From positions 49,847 to 113,846 of the IMG/VR virus record IMGVR_UViG_3300035438_000194: a stretch of 64,000 nt of DNA; one strand, given 5' to 3'. The stretch is from a virus. Below, in pieces: positions 58,090 through 64,000 of this stretch; within the stretch, counting starts at the first letter, position 1; each line of letters starts with the position of its first letter. The notes beneath the pieces are model-generated. The model was not told where the DNA came from and did not search any database. It saw only the letters and a list, made by a program, of their open reading frames with translations. Both the position numbers and the translations under genes were made by a program.

Positions 58090-58410
58090 ATGTCTGAAGA
58101 ATCAGCACCAGTTATCAGAGAAGTAGAGATACTAAAGAAGGACACCGTGATAGATGTCAAACTTCCAGTAGACTTTTACTTTAGATTTAACCAGTTTATG
58201 ACTGAGTTCTTCCCTGTAAAGGATGCTAAGCATCTAGAAGAGATACTTAAACTTATCCAGGAAGGCAAAGATAATGATGATGTGCATGCATACCACTTCA
58301 GGACCTTACTTTCTTTCCTACTTCTTGTAGAAGATGAGGCTAGAAAACAAGGTCATACTGAAATGATAAAGCTTAACACCACAACAGGTGAGAAGATTAG
58401 TAAAGACTAA
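58090..58410 (+). CDS. Hypothetical protein (counter-oriented)
   Basis: 106-aa ORF filling a gap in the minus-strand tiling. Confidence 0.65.
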   Translation: MSEESAPVIREVEILKKDTVIDVKLPVDFYFRFNQFMTEFFPVKDAKHLEEILKLIQEGKDNDDVHAYHFRTLLSFLLLVEDEARKQGHTEMIKLNTTTGEKISKD

Positions 58411-58771
58411 ACCCTACTAGCTCACCTATCTCTATGCTGGCCTGAATAGCCATTGACATCTCATCCTTTGAGCAGTCACTAAAAGATTTACAACTCTCAT
58501 TATCACAAAGACCAGCGCGTAACTTAACCTGCAGTTTCATATCCTCAAAGGTATCACCTGTATAGTTAGCTAGTTCTCTAATGTGTTTGTGAAGCTTGCT
58601 CAACTGAGCATAGCTATGATCATTACTCTGTACCTCATAGGTGATAACAACTGTCTCACCTTCTTGCAATCCTTTAATAAACAATCCTAACTTAGCAGAT
58701 CCCAAAGGATCAATCTCCAAGTTCTTATTTACTACTTTTGCGCGTATACTTACGGGTAGTTGGTCTGCCAT
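58397..58771 (-). CDS. NinB/Orf-like recombination accessory protein (tentative)
   Basis: SYAQL...IRELA...G...EDMK...K...SFSDCSKDEMS pattern. Confidence 0.4.
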   Translation of the reverse strand: MADQLPVSIRAKVVNKNLEIDPLGSAKLGLFIKGLQEGETVVITYEVQSNDHSYAQLSKLHKHIRELANYTGDTFEDMKLQVKLRAGLCDNESCKSFSDCSKDEMSMAIQASIEIGELVGFSLY

Positions 58772-59021
58772 TTTCTTTAGGTTTATTTGTACTTCCTTTA
58801 GGTCTTCCTACTCTCTTCTTACTTGCATCAGCTCTAGCTTTCTGAATACTTTGAGCGTAGAACTTTTCCATATATAAATCTAGTAAACGAGTATATGACC
58901 CGTCAGCAGCATCAATCTGATGCTTAAGATTATTTATTTGCTTGCCTCTAATAGCAAGACCTGCTGATAAACCGGTAACTAAACCAGTAAATACTAATAC
59001 ACATACATCAAATGTTTCCAT
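58725..59021 (-). CDS. Membrane-anchored protein with an AT-hook-like motif
   Basis: N-terminal TM segment; KKRVGRPKGS. Confidence 0.5.
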   Translation of the reverse strand: METFDVCVLVFTGLVTGLSAGLAIRGKQINNLKHQIDAADGSYTRLLDLYMEKFYAQSIQKARADASKKRVGRPKGSTNKPKENGRPTTRKYTRKSSK

Positions 59022-59349
59022 TTCTTTTTTCTTTTAAATAGTTTTTAATTAGTTTAATACTCTCCTCCATTTCCAGATAGTCCATATCAGTTATGAGCTC
59101 TGCAAATTGAGACAATCTACTAGACATTTCTCCCATATCTATCTGCTCAGGCATATCCCAGAATGCTTTCAGTAGGGCACCGTGTTCCTTAACAACGGTA
59201 TCACTAAAGTTATTTAAAACATACTTGGTTCTGTGCCTATTGAACCATGAGATACTCATAGTCTCATCCGCTGCAAACACTGCCATCTGCAACCACACTA
59301 CAAGGTTAGCAACCTTGACTCTATCTAACTCTTCTTGCGTTAATGACAT
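59008..59349 (-). CDS. Hypothetical protein
   Basis: 113-aa tiled ORF. Confidence 0.55.
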   Translation of the reverse strand: MSLTQEELDRVKVANLVVWLQMAVFAADETMSISWFNRHRTKYVLNNFSDTVVKEHGALLKAFWDMPEQIDMGEMSSRLSQFAELITDMDYLEMEESIKLIKNYLKEKRNGNI

Positions 59350-59648
59350 AAATGTAATTTAGCTATTCCTTCTTCTACTGTAATATACTCTATCTTAAGA
59401 CCTTGCCAGTCATATAGGAATTCTCCCATATCTGTACCACTTATCTCCTCACCGTGCCAATCTGCTTGAGCAGTAATGTATGGTCCACCACTAGGGTCAA
59501 TCATAGAGAACTTATAGTTAGGCATGCCTACTTCACCAGGCCATCCACCTACACGGTAGTGCTCAGTAAATCCAGTCATCTCTATGATGTTATCTTTCTT
59601 CTCAAAGGTGATCACATCACCATAGCGATTTCTATACTGTGTCTTCAT
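59340..59648 (-). CDS. Hypothetical protein (NRYGD...DPSGGP)
   Basis: 102-aa tiled ORF. Confidence 0.55.
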   Translation of the reverse strand: MKTQYRNRYGDVITFEKKDNIIEMTGFTEHYRVGGWPGEVGMPNYKFSMIDPSGGPYITAQADWHGEEISGTDMGEFLYDWQGLKIEYITVEEGIAKLHLCH

Positions 59649-59785
59649 TGCTTAAGAGTCTTTATCTTTTTATACACTAGTTCAATACAATCTTCAATAC
59701 CCTTGTATGGGTTAAGATATGGTACCGTCTTGTTGTTACGCAAGCTATCCATCTCTTTGATTAGTTCTTCTAATACTTCTTTCAT
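59645..59785 (-). CDS. 46-aa microprotein
   Basis: MKEVLEELIKEMDSLRNNKTVPYLNPYKGIEDCIELVYKKIKTLKQ; ATGA-coupled on both sides. Confidence 0.5.
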   Translation of the reverse strand: MKEVLEELIKEMDSLRNNKTVPYLNPYKGIEDCIELVYKKIKTLKQ

Positions 59786-59982
59786 AGGTTATCAGGATCA
59801 GTTGTTGTGCCTACAGTTAACGGGTCTACATATACAGTATCCTCCGGTATCTTTACAGCTTTAAACATTTGGTAGTCCTCTATCTCAAGAGGTTCATCCT
59901 TTACAGATAGGTATAAACCTATTGTAGCAGCACAATCTAGTAGTAAGATAAATGCTAATGCCCATAATAAATACTTAGTCAT
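59782..59982 (-). CDS. Small membrane protein
   Basis: Start taken at MTKYLLW; single TM segment. Confidence 0.45.
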   Translation of the reverse strand: MTKYLLWALAFILLLDCAATIGLYLSVKDEPLEIEDYQMFKAVKIPEDTVYVDPLTVGTTTDPDNL

Positions 59983-60196
59983 TGTTCCCTCCTGTTTGAT
60001 ATTGATTACCTTTTTGCTCAATAGCATCTAATACTCTAAACAAAGGAACTAATACTGTCCCGTTAGTGTATACCTCTTTGCTATCTTTAAAGCTGTAGTC
60101 CATGATGAAATCTATTACCTTAAGCTGTTCCTCATCGGTAATGTATTGCAGTCTGCTCTTTATGGCTACGTCTTGTTTAACCTCTTCCTTACTCAT
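59975..60196 (-). CDS. Hypothetical protein
   Basis: 73-aa tiled ORF. Confidence 0.5.
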   Translation of the reverse strand: MSKEEVKQDVAIKSRLQYITDEEQLKVIDFIMDYSFKDSKEVYTNGTVLVPLFRVLDAIEQKGNQYQTGGNND

Positions 60197-60482
60197 TCTC
60201 TTGTTCTAGTTCAGGACGGTTGACCTTAAGGCCCCACATCAGGTTATACATAGAAGCAGATGTATTAGCATACCTAACAGTAAGCTTTCTATGCTTACGG
60301 AGGTACCCTACCATCCACTCCATCCACTTTTCTTCTTGCTCAGGAGTCATGGTCCATTCTTCATACCATTTATCCTTACGGTCTTTGATGTCCTCATAGG
60401 TTACATCATGACCAGCTATTATAAACATGGTGTTGATTATATCTTTTACCATGTCATCATCCGATAGTCTTTTACTTTTCAT
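60189..60482 (-). CDS. Hypothetical protein (Trp-rich)
   Basis: 97-aa tiled ORF. Confidence 0.55.
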   Translation of the reverse strand: MKSKRLSDDDMVKDIINTMFIIAGHDVTYEDIKDRKDKWYEEWTMTPEQEEKWMEWMVGYLRKHRKLTVRYANTSASMYNLMWGLKVNRPELEQENE

Positions 60483-60775
60483 GGGTCTTCTATTTCACAG
60501 GTTAAATCTAATTCACCAAACACCTTGGCAATTGGTTCAAGCTTATCACGAGAAGCGTACTTTGCTACAGCCTTACCATCATTGTGTACCTTCATAGCAA
60601 TCTCTGCAGCCTTAGCACCAGATATCTCACAGTATATCATAAGAGCCATAATGACTTTATCAAAGCTGTTGTGATCATCATTATACAAGACGAGCTTGCT
60701 GTCCTCCATAAAGGACAGATCAAGCGTTACGTCTTCATCAGTTACAGTCTTAGTCTCTCCAGTTGCACCAGTCAT
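60479..60775 (-). CDS. clpS: ClpS N-degron adaptor
   Basis: LVLYNDDHNSFDKVI...A..IAMKVHNDGKAV; start taken at MTGATG. Confidence 0.85.
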   Translation of the reverse strand: MTGATGETKTVTDEDVTLDLSFMEDSKLVLYNDDHNSFDKVIMALMIYCEISGAKAAEIAMKVHNDGKAVAKYASRDKLEPIAKVFGELDLTCEIEDP

Positions 60776-60992
60776 CTGCTTGTTCTTCTTTAAAACAATC
60801 ACGGCATAAGTCTGCTTCTTCTAGCATTGCCTCAAAGTGTTCTTGTACATCTGCATCATCAGGCGTAGCTTCTTGAGCCATACTTCTAATGGTATCTCTA
60901 TCACAGTATCTACATAAATCATTTACTTGATTCCAGGGTGCAGTAACATCATGCTCTGCTCCAGCTGGCAAATTGGAGTTGTCCATTTTCAA
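60750..60992 (-). CDS. Small Zn-ribbon protein
   Basis: SNLPAGAEHD..APWN; CRYC...CRDC. Confidence 0.55.
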   Translation of the reverse strand: MKMDNSNLPAGAEHDVTAPWNQVNDLCRYCDRDTIRSMAQEATPDDADVQEHFEAMLEEADLCRDCFKEEQADDWCNWRD

Positions 60993-62067
60993 TCCAGGTT
61001 ATTTTAGAATTATCATATTGTTCAAGAGCTTGGATAACCCAAGTCTCATCCACAGTACCCTCATAACATAGGATATGTATAACAGCTTTCTCATCAGGAT
61101 TAAGACGGAGTAATCTACCCAATCTTTGTGCTGACTTACGCTCATTACCATATGCATGCATAATGATACCCTGTTTTAGGTTAGGGATATTCACACCTTC
61201 ATTTAGTTGTAACACACACGAAAGTTTATTTATATCCCCAGATTTAAACTTATCAAGGTTAACTTCTGACTCCTTGTTAGCACTATGATAACTGTAGTCA
61301 CAAAGTTTATCAGCCTGATCTTGAGTATTAGCAAACAGGATTACCTTATCATTGATTGTATCAAACAATCTCTTAGCATACCTTTCTTTACTAGGGAAAC
61401 TCATCAGTGCTTTCATCCTCATAACACGAGTAATCTGTACATCTTTACCAGAGTTTGCATTAAGTAAACGCTCAGTCCAGTAGTTGTAACTTGCTAACTC
61501 TGAAGTAGGAAACTCACCTCTCTTAGTCTTCTGCATAAAATTCTTACGGTCATCTAACTTCATCTTGTGTACAACAATCTGGTAGTCATTTAGAATACCA
61601 TCTTGCACAGCGTCATCAGTTACATACTCATAAGTCATAGGACAATACTTGTTCACCATCATACCCTTCTCTGAAGAAGCTATCTTAGGTGGTGTACCAG
61701 TCAACCCAACAATTCTACCCTTATAGTTTGACAACCATGCATCATGCGTAAAGAGTAAGTTGTGACACTCATCTAGGTATATGATATCATAGTCAGCAGT
61801 TTGCTTAGTAAGCGACAGGTATGTTGAGAAGGTTATGTGAGCAAGGAGGTGGTCAAGATTGAACTTTTTTGCTTCATCAAGCCACGACTTAAGAATAGAA
61901 CGTTTAGGTGCTACAACTAATACCTTTAGAGTATCATCATAGTTCTGAAAGATATGCTGTAGACCAATTAATGTTTTACCAACACCCATAGATACAGCAA
62001 TACCACAACGGTCACATCCTTCAATAGCTTTCAGGGCATCATTCTGTATTTCTTCTCTACTTACCAT
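60949..62067 (-). CDS. Superfamily 2 DExH helicase
   Basis: SMGVGKT, DECH, GLTGTP, EGVNIP, QRLGRLLR. Confidence 0.85.
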   Translation of the reverse strand: MVSREEIQNDALKAIEGCDRCGIAVSMGVGKTLIGLQHIFQNYDDTLKVLVVAPKRSILKSWLDEAKKFNLDHLLAHITFSTYLSLTKQTADYDIIYLDECHNLLFTHDAWLSNYKGRIVGLTGTPPKIASSEKGMMVNKYCPMTYEYVTDDAVQDGILNDYQIVVHKMKLDDRKNFMQKTKRGEFPTSELASYNYWTERLLNANSGKDVQITRVMRMKALMSFPSKERYAKRLFDTINDKVILFANTQDQADKLCDYSYHSANKESEVNLDKFKSGDINKLSCVLQLNEGVNIPNLKQGIIMHAYGNERKSAQRLGRLLRLNPDEKAVIHILCYEGTVDETWVIQALEQYDNSKITWIENGQLQFASWSRA

Positions 62068-62303
62068 TGGCTTTGATTAGTTACACAGAAGTTACTACCC
62101 ACATAGGCATTCATCCACACGCTCTGATCAAAACAGAATGTCTTTCTATTACCTGAACAGTCATTCTCAATCTCTAGCCAGTAACAGCTACCATTGATAC
62201 CATCATTTAGAATAGTACCACAGTTACACTGCTTGTTATCTTCTTCTTTACTACAGCTAACTAATCCAATAGCTAGCATTAAAATCATTATTAACTTCTT
62301 CAT
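62061..62303 (-). CDS. Cys-rich lipoprotein
   Basis: MKK + hydrophobic stretch + LVSC lipobox; six further Cys. Confidence 0.65.
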   Translation of the reverse strand: MKKLIMILMLAIGLVSCSKEEDNKQCNCGTILNDGINGSCYWLEIENDCSGNRKTFCFDQSVWMNAYVGSNFCVTNQSQW

Positions 62304-62635
62304 ACTTTTTTTATATAAAAATTATTTGGGTAATCAGGTCCTACATACAAGAGCATTAGCTCACATATATAGTGGAGCCCTAGTGTACTATGAGAATAAG
62401 TCATACCGTGTAAATGCTTGCAACAGTCACGCTCAATAGTAAACCTCTCACTATCTGGTAACGGTGTAGCAGATATCTCAAAGGTCATTAATTGATCATC
62501 TGTATCACCGTATAGTTTGCGGATAATCTTACTTAACTCAACATCTATTACAAGATCACCACTATCTCCTCTCCACGTAGGTTCTACTAGTCTTAGGTTA
62601 TCAAACCCTTCTAGTGTTTCAAATTTTATAATCAT
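62300..62635 (-). CDS. Hypothetical protein
   Basis: 111-aa tiled ORF. Confidence 0.5.
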   Translation of the reverse strand: MIIKFETLEGFDNLRLVEPTWRGDSGDLVIDVELSKIIRKLYGDTDDQLMTFEISATPLPDSERFTIERDCCKHLHGMTYSHSTLGLHYICELMLLYVGPDYPNNFYIKKV

Positions 62636-63048
62636 GATTCTCTTGATTTACTAAAGTCTAATAACTTTGCTTCTTTAGGATGTGTTTCAATCCAGGTGTG
62701 ACAAGTTCTACATACAGCCAAGAACTCGGTATCATCTAGGAATAGAATACCAGTTCTACCTTTCTTATGGTGTACATCACAAGCATTGACTGAACAATCA
62801 GGTAGATGCGCTTCACAAAAAGGTTTTCTCTTCAGGAACTGTTCCCGTAGTACGGAGTATGCAGCATTCAGTTTAATAATCTTGGAAGATTGAAGGCGCA
62901 TTGGCTTCTTAGCGGTTGGTTTTTTAGTGCTTGATAAACCCTTAAATTGTTTACTCCAGCATTGCTTGCAAAACTTCTGCTTACCTTCTCTCTTCCAGAT
63001 TATTGTTACTTCATTGCAGCCGTCACATAACTTCTGCTTAGCTTGCAT
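62632..63048 (-). CDS. HNH-family nuclease with Zn fingers
   Basis: CDGC..CKQC; CEAHLPDC...DVHH...AVCRTCH. Confidence 0.65.
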   Translation of the reverse strand: MQAKQKLCDGCNEVTIIWKREGKQKFCKQCWSKQFKGLSSTKKPTAKKPMRLQSSKIIKLNAAYSVLREQFLKRKPFCEAHLPDCSVNACDVHHKKGRTGILFLDDTEFLAVCRTCHTWIETHPKEAKLLDFSKSRES

Positions 63049-63049
63049 A

Positions 63050-63328
63050 TTACCAAGTAAAACCGGTTAATGCTGATAGGCAGGCAACACCTGCACCTAT
63101 CATAGTCCATACAACATCTTTCCAATCTGGCTTACCATCTAATGCATCATACATCTCTTTACCAATGGCAAAGAATAATGCTAACAGTAAACCATTTTGA
63201 GAACTTAATGTATAGTTACCAATCAAAAAGATAACAGCACCATATACAAAATGGTTAGCCTTATCACCTGGTATTACAAGAAATTCTACTACTCTTTGGA
63301 ATAGGTTTTTACCTTCAAATATTGCCAT
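63050..63328 (-). CDS. Small membrane protein (VanZ-like DK..HF...KE..D...D)
   Basis: Three hydrophobic helices plus the motif pattern. Confidence 0.5.
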   Translation of the reverse strand: MAIFEGKNLFQRVVEFLVIPGDKANHFVYGAVIFLIGNYTLSSQNGLLLALFFAIGKEMYDALDGKPDWKDVVWTMIGAGVACLSALTGFTW

Positions 63329-63530
63329 CGTTTTCAGATATTGGAGCAGCGGTAGACTGCATTATGATTATTGAATCACCACCATAAGTAAGGGCAATAT
63401 GACTGCCCTCACCTACGTGTGTAATGATATTCTCTTGCTTGGTTAGTTGCTTTAACATAACCTCTTCAGCCTCTGTTTCAGGCGTCAGTACCAATCTTGT
63501 GGTACCATTCATTATAAACGTTGTCTTCAT
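63315..63530 (-). CDS. Hypothetical protein
   Basis: 71-aa tiled ORF. Confidence 0.5.
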   Translation of the reverse strand: MKTTFIMNGTTRLVLTPETEAEEVMLKQLTKQENIITHVGEGSHIALTYGGDSIIIMQSTAAPISENDGNI

Positions 63531-63841
63531 TAGATCATCATTTTATTGAAGCAGCCTTTTACGTTATCATAAAGATCCAGGTCAACATCTTCTATAAGTT
63601 CTACAATAGGATGTAACTTTTCATGTATAGCGATTGCTAACTTATAGTGCTCAGTATCTTGTATAGTATCTATATCCTCATCAGATAGGTTTTGTGTAAC
63701 CCGTATCTGACCAAAGTCTAGGATACTCATAACATCTTCAATGCTTTTATGCTCAAAGATATCTTCATAGGTATCAATCCACTTACGATTGCTGAAATAG
63801 ATAAACAAGATTTGGCGGTTGTCTAGATCATTAAGATTCAT
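63530..63841 (-). CDS. Hypothetical protein
   Basis: 103-aa tiled ORF. Confidence 0.5.
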   Translation of the reverse strand: MNLNDLDNRQILFIYFSNRKWIDTYEDIFEHKSIEDVMSILDFGQIRVTQNLSDEDIDTIQDTEHYKLAIAIHEKLHPIVELIEDVDLDLYDNVKGCFNKMMI

Positions 63842-63999
63842 ACTGCTTCTTTTAGTTGGTAAAAATTACTTGGTAATATCTTCTCTTCAATCAACTTATT
63901 GACAATCTGTAACTTGGAAACACCAAGGTCCTTGAATTCAACAGTGCTAATATAAGTAGGATCAATATCACACGCAAACTTTTCTTTGTAGTCCTTGGC
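63838..63999 (-). CDS. Partial hypothetical protein (5' end outside the window)
   Basis: Open frame AKDYKEKFACDIDP...NFYQLKEAV*, ATGA-coupled to the next gene. Confidence 0.5.
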   Translation of the reverse strand, partial: AKDYKEKFACDIDPTYISTVEFKDLGVSKLQIVNKLIEEKILPSNFYQLKEAV

Positions 64000-64000
64000 C

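Noticed and set aside
43460-62439. Short + strand ORFs inside the minus-strand block (other than 58090-58410)
   Set aside because: Nested antisense to well-supported genes.
1-64000. Stop-codon reassignment (TAG or TGA), as seen in some crAss-like phages
   Set aside because: Genes tile densely in the standard code, including 9-12 kb ORFs. TAG ends ung at its expected C-terminus and TGA ends the vWA gene.
1-64000. tRNA, CRISPR array, integrase, reverse transcriptase/DGR, intein
   Set aside because: None recognised by eye. Intergenic gaps are mostly under about 70 nt, and PolB and DnaB are of normal length. tRNAscan or Infernal would be needed to exclude RNAs formally.

Overview
The window is a 64 kb piece of an AT-rich crAss-like (Crassvirales-type) dsDNA phage genome. 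The host is probably Bacteroidota, judged from TAnnTTTG-type promoter boxes and the lack of Shine-Dalgarno motifs. It uses the standard genetic code. Positions 1-38.9 kb (+ strand) are the late/virion block: the end of a tail protein, putative internal cargo proteins rich in GG motifs, and three giant proteins of 2919, 4063 and 1849 aa. The 4063-aa protein carries the DFDID virion RNA polymerase motif. A lysis cassette and several microproteins follow. Positions 38.9-64 kb (- strand) are the replication/early block: MazG-like, PolB, PD-(D/E)XK exonuclease, MoxR-vWA with an inserted GIY-YIG gene, primase, SSB-like, Sak4-like ATPase, DnaB, Ung, ClpS, SF2 helicase and HNH. Five observations stand out. 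(1) The three giant proteins are almost Cys-free except at their facing termini, suggesting a head-to-tail disulfide-linked ejection chain. (2) An ADP-ribosylation writer/eraser toolkit (ART-like, NADAR, macro-like, SLOG-like) appears fused into these proteins. (3) A pervasive [FYM]xxGG motif punctuates the cargo proteins and microproteins. (4) A MoxR-vWA operon has three paralogous partner proteins. (5) A homing endonuclease insertion appears to have duplicated and fully recoded its target's last codons. All family assignments come from motif recognition by eye; no database search was run.
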